A stretch of DNA of 64,000 nucleotides from Candidatus Eiseniibacteriota bacterium (GCA_942491735.1 CALOCN010000014.1:3215573-3279572), one strand, 5' to 3'; shown: positions 1-9,187, counted from the first letter of the stretch. Notes: generated from the letters alone by a model not told the origin. Program-made: numbers and translations.

Positions 1-1
1 G

Positions 2-1162
2 GCGGCCGGGGACCTCATCCTGGTTTCCAGCAACGATCCGCTCACCATCGATCCGGATCGCATGGCCACCCTCATGAACGGCCCCTTCGGTGACGACATC
101 GCCAGCCTGGAAATCCTTCCCCTGGAGCAGTTCCTGTCCTACTTCATCACCGATCGTGAAGGGCTGCTCCGGATGCTCGACGGGTGGGAGGAACGGGTCA
201 CCGACGACAATCTCTACCTCGAGTTTGCCGTGCCGCGCCACATGTTCAGTTCCCGGACCACCGCCTCCCCGTTCATCTTCGACCGTCATCGGCAACGGGT
301 CCTGGACACGCTGGGGTGGTCGCAGGATGACGCGGATGCGGAACTCATCGAGCGCTACCACGCCGCACGTTGGGCCGCGTACCGGGTACTCCACCGGGCA
401 CCCCTCCCCGGCAACACCACGGTAACCCGGTTCCTGGAAGCCGGCCTGCAGGGCGCTCCCCGCGAGTTTTCTTCCCGACGGATCCTCTCGGGCATGCTCA
501 ACGAAACCGCGATCCAGGACCTTCTCGCCGGTGAAGTGGAGACCGCCACCGCGGGATTTCTCCAGGCGATCCGCATCGGGGACGCCGGGGAGCGGGCGCT
601 CGCCCTCAACAATCTGGGCACCATTGCCTTTCGTGCCGGGGGCATGGACAGTGCCCGGGCGTACTGGGAACGGTCCCTGGCCCTCCAGCCCGCATTCACC
701 ACGGTGAGCTACAACCTGTCCGTACTCGCGGCACGCGAGGGGAATAGCCGCGAGCAGATGGATCGGATTCGCCACGGCCTGCGCTTCAACCCGAATCACG
801 CCCCGTCCCTGAACAACCTGTCGTTCGTGATCGCGGAAACGGGGGGAGACCTCGTCGAGGCGGAATCCCTGGCCCGCCGCGCGGTCTCGGCGGCCCCCGA
901 CTCCGAGATCTATCGGGATACCCTGGCCTACATCCTGATTCGACGCGGCAGCTACGGGAAAGCCCGGGACATCCTGACCGACCTGGTCAAGGACCCGAAC
1001 GCCTTCGAGGCCCGGCTACACATGGCCATGAGCCTGGCCGGCCTGGGGGATCACCAAAAGGCCCGGACCCTGTTCGACGAAGTGATCAACAAGGCCCCCC
1101 GCGAAGACCTGCGCGCGCGGGCGCGGACCGAGTTGGCCAAGCTGGATACCCCTTCCGAGTAA
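2..1162 (+). CDS. TPR-repeat protein, 5' end outside window
   Basis: The frame is open from nt 2, with no stop before the first ATG at 62, so the gene is truncated by the window edge. The C-terminal part is tandem TPR-like repeats (ALNNLGTIAFRAGGMDSARAYWERSLALQP, HAPSLNNLSFVIAETGG, YRDTLAYILIRRGSYGKARDIL). TAA stop at 1160-1162. The visible N-terminal part (DDNLYLEFAVPRHMF) resembles the tail of spermidine-synthase-like/TPR fusions, which I cannot verify here. Confidence 0.75.
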   Translation, partial: AAGDLILVSSNDPLTIDPDRMATLMNGPFGDDIASLEILPLEQFLSYFITDREGLLRMLDGWEERVTDDNLYLEFAVPRHMFSSRTTASPFIFDRHRQRVLDTLGWSQDDADAELIERYHAARWAAYRVLHRAPLPGNTTVTRFLEAGLQGAPREFSSRRILSGMLNETAIQDLLAGEVETATAGFLQAIRIGDAGERALALNNLGTIAFRAGGMDSARAYWERSLALQPAFTTVSYNLSVLAAREGNSREQMDRIRHGLRFNPNHAPSLNNLSFVIAETGGDLVEAESLARRAVSAAPDSEIYRDTLAYILIRRGSYGKARDILTDLVKDPNAFEARLHMAMSLAGLGDHQKARTLFDEVINKAPREDLRARARTELAKLDTPSE

Positions 1163-1165
1163 CCC

Positions 1166-3325
1166 ATGCGACACCTTGTCCCGATGCTCCTCTTTGTCGT
1201 CGTCGCGGGAGGCCTGACCGGCCTCGCCGCACACACCGTGAACCGGGGCCCGTTCCAACGCGGGCTGACCACGGTGGAAATCGGGGCCTGGACGGAGGCG
1301 ACCTCGGACGACGCCCGGAACATCTCCCCGTATGGGCGGATCCTGGGAGCGTTGGCCCAGGAGGGCCCCACCGCCATCCAGGATACCCGGCGTCTGCAGA
1401 CCCTGGTCTTCCTTCCCCTCTTTGCCCTGGGCGTGTTCGCCTTGGCCTGGCGCCGGGCCGGGCCCTGGGGCGCGGCCGGAGCGGGAATCGCCGCCACCGC
1501 CGTGGCGCCGGCCACGCTGCATGCAGGATCGTTCCACCCGGGTCTCCTGGCCGGTGGGATCGGCCTGCTCGCCCTGGCGGCGCTCAACGACGGCGCCCGG
1601 TGGGGGGGATGGATCGCGGCGGCCCTGCTGGGAGCGGTCATCGCGCGTCTGGACCCGGCGCTGGGTTGGGCGCTGTTCGTGTTGCTCGCGGGGTACGCGT
1701 GGGTCTCCCGAAGCGGTCCGCCCCGCTGGGTTCGCCTCGCGGTGGTCGCGGGTCTCTGGCTGGGGGTGGGAGCGGGCCTCGGGACCCTGACACCCCAGGG
1801 GGTGCTGCCGCAGGTCAACGGATTCGAGGCCTACCAGGGGAACGGCACCCCGGCCACGGGGCTCAATCCACGGCGAACCGCGGATCCTCCCCTGTCCTGG
1901 TGGACCGCAAGTGACTTCGTGCGGGGAGCGTCCCTCGAGCAGGAGCGCGGGGTCACCTTCCAGGAGGCCGAGCGGTTCTGGAGGGGCAAGGCGGCGAGAA
2001 GCCCCCTGAGCGATCCCCTGGGGACCCTGCGCCGCAGCGGGCTCAAGTCCCTGGCTGCGTTGCAATCGGATCCCCTGCCCCATGGCGTGAGCACCGCGTA
2101 TCTTCTGGAGCGCACGGAGTCCGCGACCCTCCCGGTCACGGTATGGATGGCCCGCATCCTCCTCCCTCTTGGAATCGTGGGAGTTGTCCTGGCGCGTCGC
2201 CGAATGGGTGGCGCGGTCTGGCTCGGAGTGCTCAGCGGCGTGGTGGCGGCGTGGTTCACCTATGCCGCCCCGGAAGGCCGGGCCATCACCGTCGGCGCCC
2301 TGCTCGTGGCCGGCGCGGTCCTGGTTCGCTGGAGCGGTGAGGGCCCCATGATGCGCCGGGTCGCCGCCGGCGGCGTCGGGATCCTGGCCGTGGCCCTGTT
2401 CGGACTGTGGGTGCCCCGCGCCCTTCCCGGCATGGCGGTGCAGAGCGAGGACGCCTTCCAGCTGGGAGCCCTCTACGACCAGGAGGGTCGCGGCTCGACC
2501 GCGCTCCGGGAGTACGAACGGGCCATGCGTCTGGACCCGCAGAGCCCCACCCCCCGTTTCGCCATCGCCGGCATGCTGGCCCGGGACAATGTCCTACCCG
2601 AGTCCCGCCGTGAACTGGAGTTCCTCCGCGAGCAGAACCCCGACTTCTACGCGGGGCTGCTTGCCCTCAGTCGCGTGTACCAGCAACTGGAACTCTACGT
2701 GGAGGCGGCCGGCGTGTACGGGGACCTGATCCGGCTGGATCCCTACAACCCGGAACTCCTCAACAACCTGGGCACGCTCTACGTGCAGATCGGGTATTTC
2801 GAGCAGGCCATGGTCGCGTTCCGCAACGCGCTTGCCCTCGCCCCGGACTACACCGTCGCGCAGGAGAACCTGGCCGCGCTCGAAGGGGGTGGGATCTCAT
2901 CCGGATCGGCCGACGGCCGGGTGATGACCGATGTGAGTTCGGCGCAGGAAATCATCATCGGACGTCTGGGGGCGGGCGACGCCGAGGGCGCCGAGTCCGC
3001 CCTGGCCGAGGCCCGGGACCGGTTCGGCGACGCACCGGAACTCGACTACGCCGAGGGCACCCTGTGGCTCATCAACGGAGATCCGGCCCGCGCGGTGGCC
3101 GTCTTCGAGAACGCCCTGGACACGCCGCTTGCCACAACCGTGGTCTTTCGCAACAACCTCGGGGCGGCATACATGGCCGCCGGCGAGACCTGCAAGGCGA
3201 TCTGCATCTGGAAGCTGGCCCTGGCCGACAACCCCAACAATCGCCGGGTGCAGCTCAGCGTGGCGCAGGCACAGGCCGAGGCCGACTCGGTGGGCACCGT
3301 GTGCGACTGCGGCGACACGGACTGA
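1166..3325 (+). CDS. polytopic membrane protein with C-terminal TPR repeats
   Basis: ATG at 1166, a few nt after the upstream stop. The N-terminal majority is very hydrophobic, with many predicted TM helices (e.g. LVPMLLFVVVAGGLTGLAA, VWMARILLPLGIVGVVLA). The C-terminal part is TPR repeats (ALREYERAMRLDPQSP, NNLGTLYVQIGYFEQAMVAFRNALALAPD). The architecture resembles GT-C glycosyltransferase/TPR fusions. Function cannot be assigned. Confidence 0.7.
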   Translation: MRHLVPMLLFVVVAGGLTGLAAHTVNRGPFQRGLTTVEIGAWTEATSDDARNISPYGRILGALAQEGPTAIQDTRRLQTLVFLPLFALGVFALAWRRAGPWGAAGAGIAATAVAPATLHAGSFHPGLLAGGIGLLALAALNDGARWGGWIAAALLGAVIARLDPALGWALFVLLAGYAWVSRSGPPRWVRLAVVAGLWLGVGAGLGTLTPQGVLPQVNGFEAYQGNGTPATGLNPRRTADPPLSWWTASDFVRGASLEQERGVTFQEAERFWRGKAARSPLSDPLGTLRRSGLKSLAALQSDPLPHGVSTAYLLERTESATLPVTVWMARILLPLGIVGVVLARRRMGGAVWLGVLSGVVAAWFTYAAPEGRAITVGALLVAGAVLVRWSGEGPMMRRVAAGGVGILAVALFGLWVPRALPGMAVQSEDAFQLGALYDQEGRGSTALREYERAMRLDPQSPTPRFAIAGMLARDNVLPESRRELEFLREQNPDFYAGLLALSRVYQQLELYVEAAGVYGDLIRLDPYNPELLNNLGTLYVQIGYFEQAMVAFRNALALAPDYTVAQENLAALEGGGISSGSADGRVMTDVSSAQEIIIGRLGAGDAEGAESALAEARDRFGDAPELDYAEGTLWLINGDPARAVAVFENALDTPLATTVVFRNNLGAAYMAAGETCKAICIWKLALADNPNNRRVQLSVAQAQAEADSVGTVCDCGDTD

Positions 3326-3347
3326 CCCCGACGGGCCGGGACCCGGC

Positions 3348-4952
3348 CTAGTCCAGGTAGGGCAGCGCCTGAAGCCGCGCCTTCTGCTCCGGGGTCAACT
3401 CGGGGGTGAGGGAGCGGTCGAGCAGGAACCCGGGGACCGGACCGCGGCGCAGCGGCGTGGACTCCAGGAACTCCGGCCGGAACATCTCTTCCCACACCCG
3501 GCCGTCCATCTGATCCGGGATCATCTCGGCCAGCAGGGCCAACAGGGTCGGCGTCACGTCGACGATCGAAGCCTTGCGGAAGTCCCCGCCCGCGGCGAGC
3601 CGTTCCCGCAGGCTCCTGCCATCCGCGCCACGGACGTGCGGTCCCCGCACGGCGAGGATCCCTTCCGGACGATGATGCGCCGAGAACGAGGTGGACCAGA
3701 TGTCCTGGAACACCGGCAAATCGGTGGAGTCCGGGTCGCCCCGGGTCACGAACCAGTGCGGCATCTCCTGGAAGACCAGGTCGGGAGCCTTCTCCAGCAT
3801 CCGCCCCTCGTAGATGTCCTCGCGCCGGAACAGGTGCTCGAACGGCGCCTCCCCGGTTTCCGGATCGCGCAGGTCCCGACACATCCCGATGAGCTTGTCC
3901 AGGAACTCGTCCCGGTCCTCGGCCCCCTGCATCTGGCCCTGGAGCACGTAGTGAAGGATGCCGTTGGTGATCATCATGGGAGGAACGGCGTGGCTCTCGA
4001 ACCACTCCACGAGATCGGTGTCGTAGAGCCAATTGGCCATGTTCATCTGACGATAGATGCCCTCGAACCCGTGATCGGAAACGAACATCACCGTCGCATC
4101 CTCGGGCAGCGCGGCCAGCATGTCCCCCAGGATGGCGTCCTGGCGTTTCCAGAGCTTGAGGATGGAATCCCCCAGCAGCTCGGCTTCCTCGGCCCGGTAT
4201 CCCGGATGCTCCCGGTCCATGAACTTCCAGAAGAAGTGCTGCACCTTGTCGGTGCCGGTGAAGGTGAGCCAGAGGAAATCGTAGTCCCCGGAGGCGATCC
4301 ACTCCCGGGAAACCCGCCCCCGCGCTTCCAGCCGGGCCATCATGTCGGCGAACATCTCCTGCGGGGTCCGCTTGAACAGGCTTTCCCCCAGGAAATCGAT
4401 GGGAAACTCCCCCAGCTCGGCGTGCAGCTCCGGGGGGTAGGCGATGTTCACGTCGCCGTCGGGAAACGGAAACCCGCTCACCATGGAACCCCGCACCGGA
4501 TCCGGCGGGTAGGTCATGGGCACATTGAGAACCCCCACCCGATAGCCGGCCTCGGAGAGCAGCATCCAGATGGGGGTGGCGCGTCGGTTGGTGGCCTGCT
4601 CGATCAGCGGCGGTCCCCCGTCCGGATCCTCCTTCTGGAAGTCGTAGATGCCGTGCTTGCCCGGGTTCACCCCGGTAATGGCCGAGGTCCAGCAGACCGG
4701 GCTCAGGATGGGATACACGGTGTGCAGCTCACCGACCAGCGCCTCGTCCAGGAACGCCTTGAGGTTGGGCAGCTCCCCCGCTTCCAGCCAGGGCAGGAGC
4801 AGGTCGTAGTCGGCGCCGTCCAGGCCGATCACCACCACCGGAGGCTTGGCTTCCCCGCCGCAACCGGGCAGGGTCAGCGCCCCACCCAGGGCCAGGAGAC
4901 CCACGATGAGGCAGGCCCACCATCGGTGACGCGTGTGACGGGGACGGGGCAT
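3348..4952 (-). CDS. alkaline-phosphatase-superfamily phosphodiesterase/nucleotide pyrophosphatase-like lipoprotein
   Basis: I chose the internal ATG at 4952 because the longer track ORF would run across the stop of the upstream paralog at 4991. It has a lipoprotein-type leader (LLALGGALTLPGCGG). The metal-site motif VVIGLDGADYD and the nucleophile-region motif PVCWTSAITGVNPGKHGIYDF are typical of type I phosphodiesterase/NPP (PF01663-like) proteins. Confidence 0.8.
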   Translation of the reverse strand: MPRPRHTRHRWWACLIVGLLALGGALTLPGCGGEAKPPVVVIGLDGADYDLLLPWLEAGELPNLKAFLDEALVGELHTVYPILSPVCWTSAITGVNPGKHGIYDFQKEDPDGGPPLIEQATNRRATPIWMLLSEAGYRVGVLNVPMTYPPDPVRGSMVSGFPFPDGDVNIAYPPELHAELGEFPIDFLGESLFKRTPQEMFADMMARLEARGRVSREWIASGDYDFLWLTFTGTDKVQHFFWKFMDREHPGYRAEEAELLGDSILKLWKRQDAILGDMLAALPEDATVMFVSDHGFEGIYRQMNMANWLYDTDLVEWFESHAVPPMMITNGILHYVLQGQMQGAEDRDEFLDKLIGMCRDLRDPETGEAPFEHLFRREDIYEGRMLEKAPDLVFQEMPHWFVTRGDPDSTDLPVFQDIWSTSFSAHHRPEGILAVRGPHVRGADGRSLRERLAAGGDFRKASIVDVTPTLLALLAEMIPDQMDGRVWEEMFRPEFLESTPLRRGPVPGFLLDRSLTPELTPEQKARLQALPYLD

Positions 4953-4990
4953 CGGTTCCTCGATTCGGTTCCAGCTTCGGTCGCTGCGGT

Positions 4991-6523
4991 TCAGTTCAGG
5001 TAGGGAATGGCCAACACCGGATTGGCGGTCTCCCCGCCGATCTCGCGCGCCGTGCTCTGGTCCACACGGACGGGATGGGCGGCGAGAAACGCGTCGGTGA
5101 GGATCCCGGACAACGAGGACCCTTCCATGTAGCCGGGGACCACGTCGCCCGCCAGATGGAGCACGGTGGGGGCGATATCGAGCAGGCTCTGACGCCCCTC
5201 CAACCGCCCGGCCCGGAACATGGGTCCGGCGGCGATGAGGATACCCTGGATCGTGTGGTGTCCGCTGAAGGAGAGCGACGGGGTTCCGAAGGGCTCCTTG
5301 TCCCCCTCCTCGCTGACCAGGTAGTACGGCGGCTTGGGAAGAAACACGAGGTCCGGGGCCTTGCTCACATAGCGACCCTCGTAGAGGTCTTCCCGCCGGC
5401 TCCCGAACGCCACCGGGCATTCTCCGCCTTCCGGGTCCCGCACCGCCATGATGCGCCGGTGGATCTCGTCCACCATCGCGTCCTGTTCCCCCTGGGTCAG
5501 GGTCGCGGTGGACTCCCGCCCCTGCACCGGAACCGACAGGAGCGATGCGTTGGTCTCCAGGCTATAGGCCTGGTTGATGGGGGCCGATCCGTCCGGGGGA
5601 TTCTTGAGGAACGACTGGGGTCGGAAGGCGCGATGCACCCCGGTGAACCCGTGATCCGACACCACCAGCACCGCCAACTCGCGGCCCGCGGCGTCGGCCT
5701 GGGCCCGGGTCTGTTCGACCAGCGCACCCACCGCGGCGTCGGTCTCCTTCCACAGGTTCAGGATCGCATTGCCGTAGGTCCCGGCCAGTTCCTCGTCGTG
5801 GAACGGATGGTCGGTCTCCATGAACTTCCAGAAGTAGTGCTGGATCCGATCGGTCCCGGTGAAGACCACCCAATAGAGATCCAGGTCCGGGTTTTCCGAA
5901 CCCAGGGCGAGGGCGACGTCCCGGCGGCGGCGGAAGGTCTCCATGATTTCCTGGAGCAGATCCCCCTCGTGATCCTCGATGAGCGCTCCCCCCATGCGGT
6001 CCAGAAGGTAGGCGTCCTGCTGCAACCTGGCTTCGAGTTCCGGGGGGTGCGTGTAGTCCACCTGATCGGTGTGCGGAAGCCCCGCCACCATGAACCCGTT
6101 GACCGGGTCCGGAGGATCGGTCATGGGCACGTTGAGAATGCCGACCCGGTGTTCGCTTTCCGAGAGCAGGGTCCACAGCGCCGGCACGCGCCGGCTCTCC
6201 GCGGTCTCCTGATAGGCGACCATGGATTCGGGGTCCAGCCGCAGGAAGTCGTAGATGCCGTGGGCCCCGGGATTCACGCCGGTGACCGCCGAGGTCCAGG
6301 CGGGGGGAGAGAGGGCGGGAAGCACGGAGAGGAGCGGACCATGCGCTCCCCCGTCCCGCAGCGCTTGCAGGTTGGGCAGGTGCCCCTGAGCCATCCAGGG
6401 ATCCAGCAGATCCCAGGTCGCACCGTCGAGCCCAATGACCAGGACTTTTGGAGAGGGGGCGCTTCCCCCGCCGCAACCCAGCGCGGCGAACATCAACGTC
6501 CCCAGCAATGCGCGTCGAATCAC
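4991..6523 (-). CDS. alkaline-phosphatase-superfamily phosphodiesterase/nucleotide pyrophosphatase-like lipoprotein (paralog)
   Basis: The GTG start at 6523 overlaps the TGA stop of the upstream gene (GTGA). Leader is VIRRALLGTLMFAALGCGG. Motifs LVIGLDGATWD and PPAWTSAVTGVNPGAHGIYDF are collinear with the downstream paralog at 3348-4952. Confidence 0.8.
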   Translation of the reverse strand: MIRRALLGTLMFAALGCGGGSAPSPKVLVIGLDGATWDLLDPWMAQGHLPNLQALRDGGAHGPLLSVLPALSPPAWTSAVTGVNPGAHGIYDFLRLDPESMVAYQETAESRRVPALWTLLSESEHRVGILNVPMTDPPDPVNGFMVAGLPHTDQVDYTHPPELEARLQQDAYLLDRMGGALIEDHEGDLLQEIMETFRRRRDVALALGSENPDLDLYWVVFTGTDRIQHYFWKFMETDHPFHDEELAGTYGNAILNLWKETDAAVGALVEQTRAQADAAGRELAVLVVSDHGFTGVHRAFRPQSFLKNPPDGSAPINQAYSLETNASLLSVPVQGRESTATLTQGEQDAMVDEIHRRIMAVRDPEGGECPVAFGSRREDLYEGRYVSKAPDLVFLPKPPYYLVSEEGDKEPFGTPSLSFSGHHTIQGILIAAGPMFRAGRLEGRQSLLDIAPTVLHLAGDVVPGYMEGSSLSGILTDAFLAAHPVRVDQSTAREIGGETANPVLAIPYLN

Positions 6524-7218
6524 CGGTTGTTGTAGGTGCTTTTGACCCGGCCGAAGGTGGTCTCTTCCTTCTCGCCGCCACAGGGAAGCGAACCCTTGGC
6601 GCTGCCGTCCTGGGAAAAGGCGACGTAGCCGGCCCGCTCGAAGGGAATGCTGCTCTCAGCGGACGCACAATCGGCGACCTTGAACTCGGGCGGACTGATT
6701 CCGCGGTTTGGGCCCACGGCAAAGGTGTCGTCGCTGTATGCACTCACGGTAAAGAACCCGGCCACAGCCGACACCCCGTCACCTGACCCCCCAGGCTCGT
6801 TCTGTTGGCAGTTTACCTGCGGGGCCCACGCGATCCGGTTTCCGCTACCGTTCGCGGGCCAGCCCCCATTTGGGAAATCCAGATCCGAACACGATGTCCA
6901 ACTGTCCATCTGCACGCCGCTTCCGTAGTCCAGCCCCACGGATAGCCCGGCGATTCCCGCCGTCACGTCCGCCTTGAACACCGAGAGGTACACGTAATAC
7001 GTGGTGAACAGTTCCCCCTCGGTCGCGATGTCGCGATCCTCACAGGAGATCGGCTGGACCCGGGAGCACTGCTGGCGACCGCTGGCCCGCTCCAGATAAA
7101 GACCAATGGATGCGTCGGGGTGGGTCTCCACCGAGGACCCGGCCTGGACCATGCCAGGGAGTCCGACAAGGACAGCCGGTACGATGAGTAGAATCAGGGT
7201 GCGAAGCAATCGGGACAT
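6520..7218 (-). CDS. secreted Cys-containing protein, unnamed family (divergent paralog 1 of 3)
   Basis: ATG at 7218 with GGAGG upstream. Sec signal peptide (LVGLPGMVQA/GSS). Motifs are collinear with 7450-8151 and 8300-8995: GIAGLSVG, TSCSDLDFPNGGWP, GNRIAWA, NCQ, AVAGFF, EFKVADCASAES, and a C-terminal TFGRVK. Confidence 0.8.
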   Translation of the reverse strand: MSRLLRTLILLIVPAVLVGLPGMVQAGSSVETHPDASIGLYLERASGRQQCSRVQPISCEDRDIATEGELFTTYYVYLSVFKADVTAGIAGLSVGLDYGSGVQMDSWTSCSDLDFPNGGWPANGSGNRIAWAPQVNCQQNEPGGSGDGVSAVAGFFTVSAYSDDTFAVGPNRGISPPEFKVADCASAESSIPFERAGYVAFSQDGSAKGSLPCGGEKEETTFGRVKSTYNNR

Positions 7219-7369
7219 GTCGGTACGGGCCTCCGTCTGAAACCAAGAGAGCAGTGACTGTAGTCCGTTATCGGACGACAGGTTCTACCCCGTGACCTCG
7301 AATCTTTCTCCCGGGAACTGGGACCACCCAAGCCTGGGCGCCTCCCCCAAGAATTGACCCCACAAAAGC

Positions 7370-7421
7370 TTAGCAGAGAAAACGGGAAACGGCGGCCCCC
7401 CCCGGAGGGGAAGCCGCCGTC
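7370..7421 (-). terminator. intrinsic terminator downstream of 7450-8151
   Basis: Minus strand reads ACGGCGGC-(C/G-rich loop)-GCCGCCGT followed by TTCCCGTTTTCTCT. It lies about 30 nt after the TAG stop at 7450. Confidence 0.65.
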
Positions 7422-7449
7422 AAACCTCCGAAAATCGTGTCCCTCGGGA

Positions 7450-8151
7450 CTATTCGCTGCGCAGGCTCTTGATGGAGCCCCACGTGGTCTGCTCCACCGG
7501 AACCGGCGGCAGGGCGCAGGGATTGAAGCCGAGTTCCGACCCGAAGCCCACCACGCCGCCACCCGAGGAGACTTCGCTCTCGGCCGCGGAGCAGTCCGCC
7601 ACCTTGAACTCGGGGATCGCGTTGTTGGGGGTGATCGCAATCGTCCCGCTTCCATAGGCGTAGACATAGAAGGCCCCGGCCACCGCGTGCACCCCATCGG
7701 TGCCGAGCACGGTGTCCTGACAATTCACGACGCTGGCCCAGGTGATGCGGTCGCCGCCTCCGGAACCCGGCCAGCCGCCGTTGGGGAAATCCAGGTCCGC
7801 GCAAAGGGTCCAACCGAACACTCCGACCGCACCGGTCACCGCCACGCCACAGGACACCCCGGCGATGCCGGCGGTGTTATCCGCCCGTGCGACAACTACA
7901 TACACGCTCCGGTTCTCGAAGACCGGGGCATTATCCACCGAGTAGTCCGAGCAGGCCAATCCCAGGGTGTTGGGATCCTCGGGGGCGGTGGCCGGAGGGA
8001 TGATGGCGCAGGTGTTCGTGGCCTTCTTGGCCGGGGCCTTGTCGTGGAGGGCCACCACGGCGTTGTCCTGGGTCCCTGCCAGTACGGGCGAGACGGCCAG
8101 ACAACTCACGAATACCATGAACAGGGCTGTGGAACAGAGCAGTCGCAACAT
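7450..8151 (-). CDS. secreted Cys-containing protein, unnamed family (paralog 2 of 3)
   Basis: I chose the internal ATG at 8151, which is preceded by GGAGG. The upstream part of the track ORF is Arg/Ser/Pro-rich junk that covers a terminator. Signal peptide is AVSPVLA/GTQD. Motifs: AKKATNTCAIIPPATAPEDP, GIAGVSCG, TLCADLDFPNGGWP, GGGDRITWA, NCQ, AVAGAFYVYAYG, EFKVADCSAAES, GFNPC, TWGSIKSLRSE. Confidence 0.85.
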   Translation of the reverse strand: MLRLLCSTALFMVFVSCLAVSPVLAGTQDNAVVALHDKAPAKKATNTCAIIPPATAPEDPNTLGLACSDYSVDNAPVFENRSVYVVVARADNTAGIAGVSCGVAVTGAVGVFGWTLCADLDFPNGGWPGSGGGDRITWASVVNCQDTVLGTDGVHAVAGAFYVYAYGSGTIAITPNNAIPEFKVADCSAAESEVSSGGGVVGFGSELGFNPCALPPVPVEQTTWGSIKSLRSE

Positions 8152-8236
8152 GAAAGGACCTCCTCGAGGGGTGCGAAAAGCCAAGGTGGGGACGCAGCAG
8201 ACCCAAGTATACATGGGCCGTGGCACCCGGGCATGC

Positions 8237-8272
8237 AAAGAAAATGGGCGGCGGTCCGAAGACCGCCGCCCC
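8237..8272 (-). terminator. rho-independent terminator downstream of 8300-8995
   Basis: Minus strand reads GGGCGGCGGTC-TTCG-GACCGCCGCCC followed by ATTTTCTTT. It lies about 28 nt after the TAA stop at 8300. Confidence 0.8.
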
Positions 8273-8299
8273 TGAATCAAGCAAAGCGTTCGAAAGCGA

Positions 8300-8995
8300 T
8301 TACTCGCTGCCGAGAGCCTTGATGGAGCCCCAAGTGCTCTCCTCAACCGGAGTGCTGACGAGGCAGGGGTTGAATCCGTCGAGGGATCCGTACCCAACCT
8401 TGCCACCGCCGAGGTTGACCGTGCTCTCGGACGCTGCGCAGTCCGCAACCTTGATGGGCTCCGGAATGCCGTTGTTCGCGGTCACGCAGACTTCGCCGTC
8501 GCCACCGTAGCTGTAGATGTAGAACGAACCGGCGACCGCATGGGCGCCGTCCGCACCGACTACGGTGTTCTGGCAGTTGGTCGCAGCTGCCCAGGTGATG
8601 CGGTCACCACCGCCCGAGGACGGCCATCCGCCGTTCGGGAAGTCGAGGTCCGCGCAAAGCGTGAAGCCGAAGGAACCGACGCCACCCGAGGTCAGGATGC
8701 CGCAGGAAACGCCGGCGACGCCGGCGGCCGGGTCAGCCTTGGCCACCACGAGATAGACCGAACGTGCGGTTGCGGCGGGAGCAACAACCTGATCGGTGTT
8801 GAAGTTGCTGCAGGGGATACCCAGGGTCACCGGATCCTCGGGCGCGGTGGCCGGAGGAATGATGGCACAGGTGTTGGTGGCCTTCTTGGCCGGAACCGTG
8901 TCGTGCAGAGCGACGACAGCGTCGTCCTGCGTACCAGCGAAAGCGACCGAGCCGACCATACAGGCGGCAGCGGTGAGGATTAGCGCGCGCTTCAT
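8300..8995 (-). CDS. secreted Cys-containing protein, unnamed family (paralog 3 of 3)
   Basis: ATG at 8995 (MKRALILTAAAC...) is preceded by GGAGG. Signal peptide is SVAFA/GTQDD. The motif set matches 7450-8151. By eye roughly two thirds or more of residues are identical, which is an estimate and not computed. Confidence 0.85.
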   Translation of the reverse strand: MKRALILTAAACMVGSVAFAGTQDDAVVALHDTVPAKKATNTCAIIPPATAPEDPVTLGIPCSNFNTDQVVAPAATARSVYLVVAKADPAAGVAGVSCGILTSGGVGSFGFTLCADLDFPNGGWPSSGGGDRITWAAATNCQNTVVGADGAHAVAGSFYIYSYGGDGEVCVTANNGIPEPIKVADCAASESTVNLGGGKVGYGSLDGFNPCLVSTPVEESTWGSIKALGSE

Positions 8996-9187
8996 TTCAG
9001 GAGACCTCCTTGCAAAACACACAGAGTTGCGAGAGAGACGTTGTGATGAACCCTACGATGCAGCCGCTTCGCGGGAGCGACCCCCGAAGCTCTTCCCGGT
9101 CGAGTGCTTCCGACGGGAAGCGCAAACCGGAAAGCCTGACACTCCATGCTCCGGCGGGTCACCGACGCACGAAGGTCCAGAGTATAC

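Noticed and set aside
7990-8900. High nucleotide identity patch between paralogs 2 and 3 over the AKKATNTCAIIPPATAPEDP region, considered as a gene-conversion tract
   Set aside because: The roughly 69-nt patch differs only at a few synonymous third positions. The peptide is fully conserved and codon usage is strongly biased, so protein-level constraint is enough to explain it. No extended identical nucleotide run was seen.
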